Origin: Deinococcales bacterium | GTDB lineage: Bacteria; Deinococcota; Deinococci; Deinococcales; JAAFIG01 | Direction of reading: 5' to 3' | NCBI GenBank assembly: GCA_043730305.1 | Contig: JAYTKL010000330.1 | Span: forward strand, 1-36,582 | DNA: 36,582 bases | Part shown: positions 8,600 to 18,060 of the stretch, piece after piece | How the letters are laid out: each line of letters opens with the position of its first letter | Position numbering within the stretch: position 1 is the first letter of the stretch | Program-made: the position numbers and the translations under genes | The notes under the pieces: generated by a model | The model's input: only the letters and a program-made list of their open reading frames with translations | Told to the model about the DNA's origin: nothing | Databases searched by the model: none

Positions 8600-10759
8600 A
8601 TGAACCTGATTGTTTCGCACAGGTTACTAAAAAAAACCAAACACTTCTTGCCGAAAGCGGCGCTGGGTTTGTCTGTGCTGATCTGGTCGTTGCTGGCAAT
8701 TTTGGTGGTCAGTTTATTGCTCATGTTCACCTGGTTTTTTTGGCATTTTACGACCACAACCCCGTGTTACAAACCAAACTGCACGCTCTTATTTGCGTGG
8801 TTTAACAGCCATCATGTTCCGCTCGAGTTGTACGCGGTGCTTTACGAGATTTCTTTTGTTGTGCCGACCGTTATTTGGATTGCGTTGGCAGTTTGGGTCT
8901 TTCGGGCAAAACCAGGTTGGATTTGGAGTTATGTTTTCGCACTTTTTTTCTTGGTCGGTTGGTACGGCGAAATCAGCGTGCAGTACGTTCGTCGCTCACT
9001 GCCCGAGGCAATTGATTATGCCTTGCAATCTCTTCACTTGACGGGACTTGCCAATCATTTGGCGACCCTCGAGGTTGGTCGGTTTCTTTGCAAATTCTTG
9101 AAAATGCTGGCGGACAACCTGGGGGTATTGGTCATTTTTACTTTTCCAAACGGAAAATTTTTACCACGTTGGTCTTTGGTTTACGTCATTGGTTTTTTCT
9201 TGATTTCGTTGGGTTATTCATTGCCAAGCTTGCACGATACTTTTTGGAATTACAACAATTGGGGCTTCCCGTTTACTTTTTTCATGCATTTGGCTTTGGC
9301 TTTTGGTTTGGCTTACGGCTTGCTGGTGCGTTACCGCTCGAGCGCTAACCTGATTCGTTCTCGGGTGCGTGGTGTGATTCCTGCCATGTTGGTGAATATC
9401 GTGGTGTCCAGTGGAATCACCTATTTTCAAGCGTTGATCATGCCTAAAGTGCTGGTGAGCGATTTTCAGATTCAGGTGGTACAACCTTAGATTTTGTTGT
9501 TTAACAAGTGGCTCAATGGTATTTGCATGGTTTGGTGGGCGCTGGCGGTGGCACAAGCCATCGTGCGTCAGCAATTGTTTGACAGCCGTTTTGTGCTCAA
9601 CCGCGCCTTTGCCTACAGCGCCTTGATTCTCAGTACCGGCGTGTTGTACGGTCTGATCGTTGGTGGCTTGGGAACGTTTTTTCGTTCTGCCAATGTTTGG
9701 TTGTCCGTGCTGGCAACGGGCGTGATTGCCGTGGTGTTTCAACCACTGCTGATATTTTTTAGGCAATCGGCAAATCGTTTGTTTTACGGCGAACGCAACG
9801 ACCCGTACCGTGCCATCAGCAAATTTGGCAAGCAACTCGAGATGGTCTACAAACCCGAAGAGTTGGCGTTGACCATCGTTCATACCGTGGCAACGACCTT
9901 GCGTTTGCCGTATGTGGCATTAAAACCCTTGCCAATTGAGGCTGGGCAGAGCATCAGCTTGGGTGAACCTGTGGCGCAATTGCTCGAGTTTCCAATGGTC
10001 GTTAAGGGAGCAAACGTGGGCTTGTTGATCGTTTCAACGCGCTTTGTTGGCGAGTCGTTTTCGCCAAGTGAAACCAGGTTGCTCGAGGATTTGGCGGCTC
10101 GAGCGGCGGTGGCGGTGCAAGAGGCGCTGTTAAATCAAGAACTGAGGCTTTCCAAGGAAGCCATCGTGCTTGCCCGCGAGGAGGAACGCAAACGCATTCG
10201 GCGGGATTTACACGATGGACTTGGACCGATGCTGGCAAGTTTGTCGTTTCAGTTGCAAGCCACACGAAGTTTGCTGATCTATGACCCAAAACGTGCGGAC
10301 GCATTATTGGAAACCTCAGCCCAGAACGTTCAAGATGCCATCAGTGACATTCGGCGTTTGGTTTACGGTTTACGCCCTCCGGCGCTCGATGATCTGGGTT
10401 TGGAGGGCGCATTGCGTCAACAGGTCGGGCAGATGCTTGGAGTCTACACCGAGACTCAAATTGAGACGCTCGAGCCGTTACCTGCGGCGCTCGAGGTGGC
10501 AGCCTACCGTATCGCGTGTGAGGCTCTGAACAATGTTTCAAAGCACGCCAACGCCAAACACGTCAAACTGAGTTTGAGAATAGAAGACGGTGGTTTAAAA
10601 CGGATCGTGCAAGACGACGGCATTGGTTTAAAAGACACCCAAGTTAACGGAGTGGGAATGCACTCGATGCGTGAACGGGTGCTCGAGCTTGGCGGCAAAC
10701 TCGAGCTTGAATCGCCACAAGGCACTCGGGTTACGGCTTGGTTGCCATTAAGGAAATAA
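8600..10759 (+). pseudogene. Membrane-bound NarX/HisKA_3-type sensor histidine kinase interrupted by an in-frame TAG at 9488-9490
   Basis: ORFs 8600-9490 (multi-TM) and 9494-10759 (TM, GAF-like, EERKRIRRDLHDGLG H-box, EALNNVSKHA, DDGIG, GVGMHSMRERV) are in the same frame, separated only by one stop codon. Confidence 0.75.
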
Positions 10760-11415
10760 TGGAAAAAATTGGTGTTTTAATCGTTGATGACCACCCCATC
10801 ATCCGCAGTGGTTTGCGTTTGCTGCTCGAGCTTGAAGAGGGCATCGAAGTTGTCGCCGAAGCCGAAGATGCCGAAGTTGCGTTGCGGCTTGCCTCCGAAT
10901 TACAACCTGACGTAATCCTGATGGACATTCAATTGCCGTCCATGAACGGGATTGAAGCCACACGGCGGATTAAAACCGAAAATCCTCGGATTCAGATTTT
11001 GATGCTGACCATGTTTCAAGATGACGATTCGGTCTTTGCGGCGGTGCGAGCTGGAGCACAAGGGTACTTGTTAAAGGGCGCAAACCAATTCGAGATTGTT
11101 CAAGCCATTCGCGGGGTGGCTCGAGGGGAGGCGATTTTTGGCGCGGGCGCAGCCGAACGGGTCATGCGATATTTTGCCGCGACCCGTCCAGTTTCTTCCC
11201 CAGCCTTTCCAGAATTAACCCCTCGAGAACACGAAATTCTCGAGTTGATCGCCAAGCGCTGTAGCAACACCGTGATCGCTGGGCGGCTTGACCTGAGTCC
11301 AAAAACCGTGCGGAATTACGTCAGCAATATCATTTCTAAATTGCAAGTGGCAGACCGTTCGGAGGCGATTTGGGCAGCCAAAAATGCAGGCATTGGTGAA
11401 AAAAACGAATTTTGA
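10759..11415 (+). CDS. NarL/LuxR-family response regulator
   Basis: VDDHP, PDVILMD phosphoacceptor, GYLLK, and LuxR HTH LTPREHEIL...LSPKTVRNYVSNIISKL. ATG overlaps the kinase stop (TAATG). Confidence 0.95.
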   Translation: MEKIGVLIVDDHPIIRSGLRLLLELEEGIEVVAEAEDAEVALRLASELQPDVILMDIQLPSMNGIEATRRIKTENPRIQILMLTMFQDDDSVFAAVRAGAQGYLLKGANQFEIVQAIRGVARGEAIFGAGAAERVMRYFAATRPVSSPAFPELTPREHEILELIAKRCSNTVIAGRLDLSPKTVRNYVSNIISKLQVADRSEAIWAAKNAGIGEKNEF

Positions 11416-11460
11416 GCATCAAAAACCCAAGATTGAAATGACTTCATTGCGTTCTGAGCT

Positions 11461-11770
11461 TTATTCAACACCATGTTCTGAAACCGAAATGGCAGCAAAC
11501 ACCGCGCGTACAAGCTCAATAATTTTTGGATCGAACATTTTCCCGCTCTGAGCCTCGAGTTCGCTGATCAATTCTTAACCCCGACATCTGAACTTCGGCA
11601 TTGTGAAGCAGTTTCTTGGCGCTGGCTCGAAAAGCCAGTTGAATGGCTTCTCGGGTTGTGTTGATTGCCTGTGAAATGTCTCCCAGTGACTTTTGAGTTT
11701 GTGCAAGGTCGATAAGGAGTAAAATTTCGCGCTGAAAATCACCTGACTCTCGAGTGTGATGTTCTTCAAA
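11461..11770 (-). pseudogene. Decayed fragment of a TPR + HD-GYP protein
   Basis: One frame reads RESGDFQREILLLIDLAQTQKSLGDISQAINTTREAIQLA (TPR-like). A different frame reads ELISELEAQSGKMFDPKIIELVRAVF...* (HD-GYP C-terminal G.xFDP motif; stop 11461-11463). The HD core is missing. Confidence 0.55.
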
Positions 11771-11897
11771 ACATCAATGTGTTTAGCCCGTCAGGTTTTT
11801 TGGCTTCACTTGGGCAAGAACCAAAATCCCGCTGGAATGAGGTTGCAAAAGATTTCCCTCGAGCCAATATCACCCAAGGGATTCTTGAAATGCAGTA

Positions 11898-12341
11898 TTA
11901 TTGACGTGCAATCAAAGGTTTAAACAAATCCACGCCACCTTTGGCTTCCAACTGTGCCTCGAGTTCGGCGGCTGGTTGCTCGGGTTTGGATTCGGGATCA
12001 CCTGGCAGGGTTTTGGCAAAGACCTCGAGCACGTCTTTGTAACCGTCCTCATCGGAGTCTTTGTCGCGTTTTAAGATCAAGTACAGGGATTCAGGAACGC
12101 GCTTTGCGCCCTCATTTTTAAAGGTGTTTCGCAATTCCAGCCCGAAAGCATTCCAGTCGCTGCCTTCAAGGTCGGTATGACAGTACAGGCAGGTGCTGGC
12201 TCGAGCTTTTTTGTCCTCACGAATACCGTACTGATGTTCCATGATCGCGTTGTAAATGGGTCGTGCCAAAGCGCCAGAACTGAGCGTGGTGGCAACGATG
12301 CCAATGCCTAAAAGGCTGAGGATGAAATGAGCCGGTTTCAT
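11898..12341 (-). CDS. Secreted mono-heme c-type cytochrome-like protein with DSDxDG motif
   Basis: Signal peptide (…SGALA-R), CLYCH heme-binding motif, WNAFG, DSDEDGYKD.LE...TLPGDPES. TAGACT -10 box 7 nt before the ATG. Confidence 0.7.
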   Translation of the reverse strand: MKPAHFILSLLGIGIVATTLSSGALARPIYNAIMEHQYGIREDKKARASTCLYCHTDLEGSDWNAFGLELRNTFKNEGAKRVPESLYLILKRDKDSDEDGYKDVLEVFAKTLPGDPESKPEQPAAELEAQLEAKGGVDLFKPLIARQ

Positions 12342-12401
12342 TCTTGGAAGTCTAGCAAAGGAATTTTGAGGGACGTGTTCAGATTCCGCAGCAAAAGCAA
12401 T

Positions 12402-12428
12402 GGGGCGCACTTGTGCGCCCCAAAAAAA
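12402..12428 (-). terminator. Intrinsic terminator downstream of lysJ
   Basis: GGGGCGCAC-tt-GTGCGCCCC hairpin flanked by A/T tracts. Confidence 0.65.
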
Positions 12429-12443
12429 TCCTGATTTTAGAGT

Positions 12444-13700
12444 TTATTTCGTGTTTTTGCCATCAATTTTCTCGAGTACCTCGGCGGTTTTTGCCACCAC
12501 ACGGTCAATGTCGGCGCGTTCGATGACCAAGGGCGGCAGGTAACGAATGACCGTTGGACCGGCTTGCAATGCCAGAATATGATGCTCATGCTCGAGCGCG
12601 TGAATGTAGGGTGCGCTGTGCTCCTTCAGCTCCATGCCGATCATCAAGCCCAGACCTCGGACTTCTTTGATTTTGCTCGAGTTGATCTTGCGCAATTCTG
12701 AACGGAAGTATTCGCCGTTTTCAAAGGCGCGTTCGGAGAGCTTGGCTTCTTTCATAAAACGAATTGCGGCTATGCCTGCCGCCATCGCCAGCGGATTGCC
12801 GCCAAAGGTCGTGCCGTGACCACCTTTTGGCATGGCGTTCGCCACCGCGTCGGTCATGACGAGCGCCCCAATCGGCACGCCGCCCGCCATCGCTTTGGCG
12901 AGGGTCATCAGGTCGGGTTTGACCGTGCAACCGCCGCCCAGGGCACATGATGTACCCGCGCATTTGGGGTCGCAAAAGTTTTGAAAGCCAAACATTTTGC
13001 CCGTGCGGCAAAACCCGGTTTGAATTTCGTCCAGAATCAGCAACGCGCCGTGTTTGGTGCAAAGTTCTCGGGCTTTGCGAATAAATTCGGCGTGTCCAGG
13101 ACGCACACCACCTTCACCCTGCACGGATTCCATAATCACAGCCGCCGTGTCACCGTCAATGGCTGCCTCGAGCGATGCCAGGTCGTTGTAGGTGACGAAC
13201 GTGGTCTCATGAACCAGTTTGCCGAATGGTTCGCGGTATTTGGGTTCGTAAGTTAACGCCAACGCGCCCAAGCTGCGACCCGAAAAACCACGTTTCATGG
13301 CAACAAACTTCTCGCGCCCTGTGGCAACTCGAGCGAACTTGATGGCGGCTTCGACGGCTTCGGTCCCAGAATTGCAGAGGAACACGCGTTTTAAACCCTC
13401 TGGCGTGACCGAGGTCAGTTCCGCCAGAAACTCGGCGCGTTTGTCATTGGGCAGGGTTTGCGGCAGCATCACCAGGTTTTCGGCTTGAGCCTGAATCGCT
13501 TTGGTGACGCTCGGGTTGCTGTGACCGATGTTGGCAACGCCGTAACCGCCAACACAATCGATGTATTCGTTGCCGTCAATGTCCCAGACTTTCGCGCCCA
13601 GTCCCTTGCTAATCACGATTTCGTGTTTGGTGTACACACCAGAGTCATATTTTAGTTCGGTCTCGAGCAATTCTTTGCTGCGTGATGCGGTAAGTGTCAT
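12444..13700 (-). CDS. lysJ: [LysW]-aminoadipate semialdehyde transaminase / acetylornithine aminotransferase (class III PLP)
   Basis: GGAGG RBS; YDSGVY.K N-terminus, [38 protein letters not shown] (PLP Lys), [11 protein letters not shown]. Resembles Deinococcus-Thermus LysJ. Confidence 0.85.
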   Translation of the reverse strand: MTLTASRSKELLETELKYDSGVYTKHEIVISKGLGAKVWDIDGNEYIDCVGGYGVANIGHSNPSVTKAIQAQAENLVMLPQTLPNDKRAEFLAELTSVTPEGLKRVFLCNSGTEAVEAAIKFARVATGREKFVAMKRGFSGRSLGALALTYEPKYREPFGKLVHETTFVTYNDLASLEAAIDGDTAAVIMESVQGEGGVRPGHAEFIRKARELCTKHGALLILDEIQTGFCRTGKMFGFQNFCDPKCAGTSCALGGGCTVKPDLMTLAKAMAGGVPIGALVMTDAVANAMPKGGHGTTFGGNPLAMAAGIAAIRFMKEAKLSERAFENGEYFRSELRKINSSKIKEVRGLGLMIGMELKEHSAPYIHALEHEHHILALQAGPTVIRYLPPLVIERADIDRVVAKTAEVLEKIDGKNTK

Positions 13701-13788
13701 TGAAATTCCTCCTTCAAACGTGCCCGAACATCTTACTCGAGGCATTGGGCGCTGTGAACCCCAGTCCAAAACCATCAGAAACCCGAAC

Positions 13789-13842
13789 CGTGAGTTAAAC
13801 CCACTCTTCAAACTTGAGTGTCCTTGTATAATATATTAGGAT
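13789..13842 (+). promoter_or_regulatory. dnaJ promoter with HspR HAIR-like operator
   Basis: CGTGAGT-N7-ACTCTTC (13789-13809) and half-site CTTGAGT (13813-13819) versus HAIR consensus CTTGAGT-N7-ACTCAAG. TTGAGT-17bp-TAGGAT promoter, plus TATAAT at 13827. Confidence 0.6.
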
Positions 13843-13876
13843 TCGAGGTTGACCTCGAGCGCGGAGAGAAAACACT

Positions 13877-15013
13877 ATGGACTATTACGAATTACTGGGT
13901 GTCAGTAAAAATGCCGATGCCGACGAGATCAAACGGGCGTATCGTGCGCTGGCATTAAAATTTCACCCCGACAAAAACCCAGGCAACAAAGAAGCCGAAG
14001 AAAAGTTCAAACAGATCAACCAGGCGTACGCCACGCTGTCCGACCCCGAAAAACGCTCCCATTTTGACCAATTTGGTTCAGAGCCACAAAACGGCAGTCC
14101 ATTTGGGCAATCGGGTGGTTTTGCCGGCGGCGATCTGTTCGACCTGTTCAACAGCGTCTTCGGCGGCGGCGATGTCTTCGGACAGCAAACCAGGGGTCGC
14201 GGCGGACGCAACCGCGCCCAGCGCGGCGAGGATTTGCAAGTCGAGACCAAAATCAACCTCGAGCAAGCCCGCTCTGGCGCGGATGTGTTGGTTGAAGTGG
14301 ACAAGCTCGAGCATTGCACGCACTGCAACGGCTCGAGAAGCGAACCGGGCGGCAAGGGATTGCAAAGCTGCCAAACTTGCGGCGGTCAAGGGCAAGTGCG
14401 TCATCAGCAACGCACCATTCTGGGCAATTTTATGACCGCAGCGCCCTGCCCGACCTGCCACGGCACGGGCGAAATCAACCCCGAACCCTGCACGGTCTGT
14501 CATGGTCGTGGACGCACCATCAAAGCCGAAAAAGTCACGGTCACACTGCCCAAAGGCATTGACGGCGGTTACCGCCTGCGCGTTTCAGGCGCGGGCAACC
14601 AAGGCATCAACGGCGGACCCGCCGGCGACCTGTACGTCTTCCTCGAACTCGAGCCTCATGCGAAACTTGAACGTGAAGGCGACGACCTGCATTACGTGTT
14701 ACCGATTGGCATTGCCCAAGCCACTTTGGGCGGAACATTCGCCGTGCCGACCTTGGACGGCGACCAAACCCTCGAGGTACACGCTGGCGCACAACCAGGC
14801 GACACCCTGAAACTGCGCGGCAAGGGAATGCCACGTCTGCAATCTCGAGGCGAGGGCGATTTGATCGTGACGCTCGAGGTCAGTGTGCCGAAAAAACTTT
14901 CAAAACGCGCCCGAGAATTGCTCGAGGAATATGCCAAAGAAGTGAACGAAGACATCTCGCACAAAAAACCTGGTTTTTTTGAGAATCTGGGCAAAGCCAT
15001 TCGCGGCGAATAA
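13877..15013 (+). CDS. dnaJ: Molecular chaperone DnaJ
   Basis: J-domain with HPD, G/F-rich linker, four CxxCxGxG-type zinc-finger repeats, C-terminal GDLYV domain. Confidence 0.98.
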   Translation: MDYYELLGVSKNADADEIKRAYRALALKFHPDKNPGNKEAEEKFKQINQAYATLSDPEKRSHFDQFGSEPQNGSPFGQSGGFAGGDLFDLFNSVFGGGDVFGQQTRGRGGRNRAQRGEDLQVETKINLEQARSGADVLVEVDKLEHCTHCNGSRSEPGGKGLQSCQTCGGQGQVRHQQRTILGNFMTAAPCPTCHGTGEINPEPCTVCHGRGRTIKAEKVTVTLPKGIDGGYRLRVSGAGNQGINGGPAGDLYVFLELEPHAKLEREGDDLHYVLPIGIAQATLGGTFAVPTLDGDQTLEVHAGAQPGDTLKLRGKGMPRLQSRGEGDLIVTLEVSVPKKLSKRARELLEEYAKEVNEDISHKKPGFFENLGKAIRGE

Positions 15014-15029
15014 AACAATACAATTCGAG

Positions 15030-15058
15030 AAAAGGCAACCCGTGAGGGTTGCCTTTTT
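15030..15058 (+). terminator. Intrinsic terminator after dnaJ
   Basis: AAAAGGCAACCC-GTGA-GGGTTGCCTTTTT. Confidence 0.9.
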
Positions 15059-15137
15059 GATTTCGGATAAACCCGTGCAAAACACTACATTTTACCCTCG
15101 AGCGACCAAAACCCAAAAAGTGCGCTACCGTAAAGCC

Positions 15138-15797
15138 ATGAAACCAATCCTGTTGATTGCCAGCATCGCCGCCCTCAGCTCGAGCGCCTGGGCAGCCTGC
15201 AACCACCCGTACTTCCCATCCGCCGCCAACACCACCTGGCTGTACCAGAGCAGCCTGAAAAACACCGAGCACACCACCAAAATCATTTCGAACAGTGGCT
15301 CGAGTTTTGTGCTGGAAAACAATTTCGGGAAACTTAAAGTGAAAAACACCATCAAATGCGAATCCGATGGCAGTTTGACTCAAAGTGAATACCCAAGCAT
15401 GACAGGGCTATCCGCCAACATGAAAATCGAAACTCTCTCAAGTGAAGGTGTTGCTTTTCCAGCAGCCGCCAAATGGGTGGTCGGGGCAAGTTGGACAAAT
15501 TTGTTTAAAGTCAAAATATCAGTTGCGATGGGAGAACAAACCATGACCCAAAGCGGCACCAAGAAAATCAGCAGCAAAATAGCCGCCGAAGAAACCGTGA
15601 AAGTCCCAGCAGGCACATTCACCGCCTTGAAAGTCATGCAAACCATCAATCAAGACATGATGATGACCATTGCTGGGAAAAGCACACCCGTCAAAAACAC
15701 GATCACCACCACATCATGGTACGCGAAAAACGTTGGATTGATCAAAAGTGTTGCCTCGAGCATCACGACGCAATTGATCAAATTTACAAAACCTTGA
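15138..15797 (+). CDS. Secreted protein, DUF3108/TapB-like beta-rich family
   Basis: Signal peptide MKPILLIASIAALSSSAWA; motif ETVKVPAGTF.ALKV...WYAKNVGLIK. TACCGT -10 box 6 nt before the ATG. Confidence 0.7.
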   Translation: MKPILLIASIAALSSSAWAACNHPYFPSAANTTWLYQSSLKNTEHTTKIISNSGSSFVLENNFGKLKVKNTIKCESDGSLTQSEYPSMTGLSANMKIETLSSEGVAFPAAAKWVVGASWTNLFKVKISVAMGEQTMTQSGTKKISSKIAAEETVKVPAGTFTALKVMQTINQDMMMTIAGKSTPVKNTITTTSWYAKNVGLIKSVASSITTQLIKFTKP

Positions 15798-15849
15798 GGC
15801 TCGAGGTTCAGATGCTGACACAAATCCAGCAATTGAGCTTGCCACCCTC

Positions 15850-15957
15850 TCTTGACCATAAAACGCACCTAACGGGCATGGTCGCTCATCCCCAACCCTT
15901 CTCCCATCTTGACCATAAAACGCACCTACGGGCATGGTCGCAACATCAGGAGAAGGG
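15850..15957. repeat. Two copies of a 35-36 bp hairpin element associated with a REP-like stem-loop
   Basis: TCTTGACCATAAAACGCACCT(A)ACGGGCATGGTCGC at 15850-15885 and 15907-15941. The second copy lies between CCCTTCTCC (15896-15904) and GGAGAAGGG (15949-15957). Confidence 0.85.
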
Positions 15958-16044
15958 AGTTTAGGTTTTTTACACATGTGGCTCGAGGGGTTTAGCTTTC
16001 TTTTGTTTGGTAATTACGCTCGAGAGGCACGTTTTGTGGTCATT

Positions 16045-16833
16045 TCACTCGCCACGGAAATCGGGTTTGCGCTTCTCGAGGAAGGCTTTTGCGCCCTCTT
16101 TCATGTCTTTGGTGGTGGACACCATGCCGAACAGATCGGCTTCGATTTCCAGACCTTGATCGAGCGTGACACCCAAACCACGACGCACGGCTTCTTTGGC
16201 AAGCCCAATGGCGACAGGACCGTTTTTCAGAATCAATTCAGCGAGCTTTTGCGCCTCCTCGAGCGCATTGTCCGCCACACGGTTGACCAAACCCATCTCA
16301 AGGGCTTCTTGAGCGCTTACATGACGTGCTGTCAGGATCAAATCAAGGGCGCGACCTTCGCCAATTAAACGCGGCAGGCGTTGCGTGCCGCCAAAACCAG
16401 GAATAAGCCCCAGACCAACTTCGGGCAGACCCAGTTTGGCATTGCTCGAGGCAACCCGCAAATCGCAAGCCAGCGCAAGCTCCAGACCGCCACCAAGCGC
16501 GAAACCGTTGATGGCGGCAATGGTCGGAATTGGCATGGCAGCCACCGAATTGGTGATGTCCTGCCCGTTGAGTGACAATTCGCGCCCGCCAAAGGCATCT
16601 TCGAGGCTGGTAAATTCAGAAATATCTGCGCCAGCCACAAACGCTTTTTCGCCCTCGCCAGTGATAATCAAAACCTGGGTTTCGCTCGGCTCGAGTGCCA
16701 CCTCGAGCGCCTCGGCGATTTCGCGCAAAGTATCGTTATTCAAGGCATTAAGGGCTTTGGGGCGAGTAATGGTTAAGGTGGCGATGGCGTCGTTGAGGTC
16801 AAGGCGGATGTTCTTCCAATCAAAATCGTCCAT
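16045..16833 (-). CDS. Enoyl-CoA hydratase / crotonase
   Basis: RPKALNALN, AFVAGADISEF, AINGFALGGGLELALACDLR, LGLPEVGLGLIPGFGGTQRLPRLIG. Confidence 0.95.
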   Translation of the reverse strand: MDDFDWKNIRLDLNDAIATLTITRPKALNALNNDTLREIAEALEVALEPSETQVLIITGEGEKAFVAGADISEFTSLEDAFGGRELSLNGQDITNSVAAMPIPTIAAINGFALGGGLELALACDLRVASSNAKLGLPEVGLGLIPGFGGTQRLPRLIGEGRALDLILTARHVSAQEALEMGLVNRVADNALEEAQKLAELILKNGPVAIGLAKEAVRRGLGVTLDQGLEIEADLFGMVSTTKDMKEGAKAFLEKRKPDFRGE

Positions 16834-16878
16834 GCCATAGCATACAACCTGCTTGAGATTCACCTGCGCAGCTCGAGT

Positions 16879-17964
16879 TCAACTTGCACTCAAAAATACT
16901 CGCATTCGTTCAAGTTCAATCTCGAGGGCGGTGTTGAAAATTTTGGTTTTTGGTTTGGTGGTCACAAAGCCAATTTCAGACTCGAGTTTTCCTGCCACGA
17001 CTTTCAAATTTCCCCAGCCAATGATTTTGTCTTGCCAGAGCAGAGGCAACGCGTAATAGCCAAGCTTGCGTTTGGCGGCGGGCGTGTACGCTTCAAAGCG
17101 GTACTCCCAACCGTGCAGATGCTCAAAGCGCCTTCTGTCCCAAACCACAGGATCAAACGGGGCAAGCAGGCGCACTTCGGGTTTGATGTCCGTCTCGAGC
17201 GAATCCGTACCTGACCAAAAGTACCGCAGTCCATCAATTTTTACAGACTCGAGTTCGGTTTTCACGGTTTTTAAAACGTTTTTAATCTCGAGTTTCAAAT
17301 GCGGTGCGCCGAAATGACCCGCGAAAGCGGCGAGTTGATTGAGGGTTTGTTCTGGCAGGGGCGCATACACGCTTAAGATCAACTCAATCAAACCCCTCGC
17401 CATGTCGTGATCGGACAAGGGTTGCTCGAGAAAAGCTTGAATGTGTGGCGCGGCTTCGTAGACTTTGATGCCGTTGTCGCGCCTCGCCACGCGCAGATGA
17501 CCTCGGTAATGCAAACCATCCAACGCCCTGGTGGTGGCTTGCGAACCTCCGCCCCAATAATTTCCAACACGCTGTTTACCAAATTCTTGGGTCAATTCTT
17601 TCGGGTGGGTCGCACCGTTTTGCCGTACAAACTCGAGCACCAGATCGGTCAAGCCTGGGGCTTCGGTTTCAATTTTGAGGGTTCGGTCGTATGTGCGCGG
17701 GTGCATGAACGGCTGGATTTCGCGGGGCATGAAACCGTAATTGACAAAAAAATCTTCTTCGACATTCAGTTTTGAATAGTTGCGCTCGAGATCACCCGCT
17801 TTGTAATCCTTCACGCGCTGCATCAAAATCAAATCTTGCGCTCGGGCTGGGGCGCGAATTGGGTCGGCTTGGACAAAACCCAACCTCGAGATGGCGCTTT
17901 TGAGCTGACGCTCGCGCCACAAAGACCTGTGAACGCTGAAGGCACGAAGTTGCTCGAGGTTCAT
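16879..17964 (-). CDS. YcaQ/AlkZ-family (HTH_42) interstrand-crosslink DNA glycosylase
   Basis: LGFVQADPI..PAR (QxD catalytic motif) and LLAPFDPVVWDRRR..HL.GWEYRFEAYTPAAKRKLGYYALPLL. Confidence 0.88.
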   Translation of the reverse strand: MNLEQLRAFSVHRSLWRERQLKSAISRLGFVQADPIRAPARAQDLILMQRVKDYKAGDLERNYSKLNVEEDFFVNYGFMPREIQPFMHPRTYDRTLKIETEAPGLTDLVLEFVRQNGATHPKELTQEFGKQRVGNYWGGGSQATTRALDGLHYRGHLRVARRDNGIKVYEAAPHIQAFLEQPLSDHDMARGLIELILSVYAPLPEQTLNQLAAFAGHFGAPHLKLEIKNVLKTVKTELESVKIDGLRYFWSGTDSLETDIKPEVRLLAPFDPVVWDRRRFEHLHGWEYRFEAYTPAAKRKLGYYALPLLWQDKIIGWGNLKVVAGKLESEIGFVTTKPKTKIFNTALEIELERMRVFLSAS

Positions 17965-18000
17965 ATGTTTACAGCATAACGCAAATCTCGAGAAACAGAA

Positions 18001-18030
18001 GAACGGCAAGCGCTTAAAGGCTTGCCGTTC
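18001..18030 (-). terminator. Intrinsic terminator after the large surface lipoprotein
   Basis: GAACGGCAAGC...GCTTGCCGTTC 11-bp stem followed by TTCTGTTT on the minus strand. Confidence 0.75.
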
Positions 18031-18060
18031 GGTGTTTAAGGCTGCTATTTCAGTTTGGGT

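Noticed and set aside
13701-13790. Possible riboswitch or attenuator in the lysJ leader
   Set aside because: Too short for a lysine riboswitch. I could not identify a Lys/Arg-rich leader peptide or terminator by eye; an Rfam scan would settle it.
15850-15941. Two 35-36 bp repeats with a 21-bp spacer as a mini CRISPR array
   Set aside because: Only two units, the spacer is short and is itself part of a REP-like stem, and there are no cas genes in the window.
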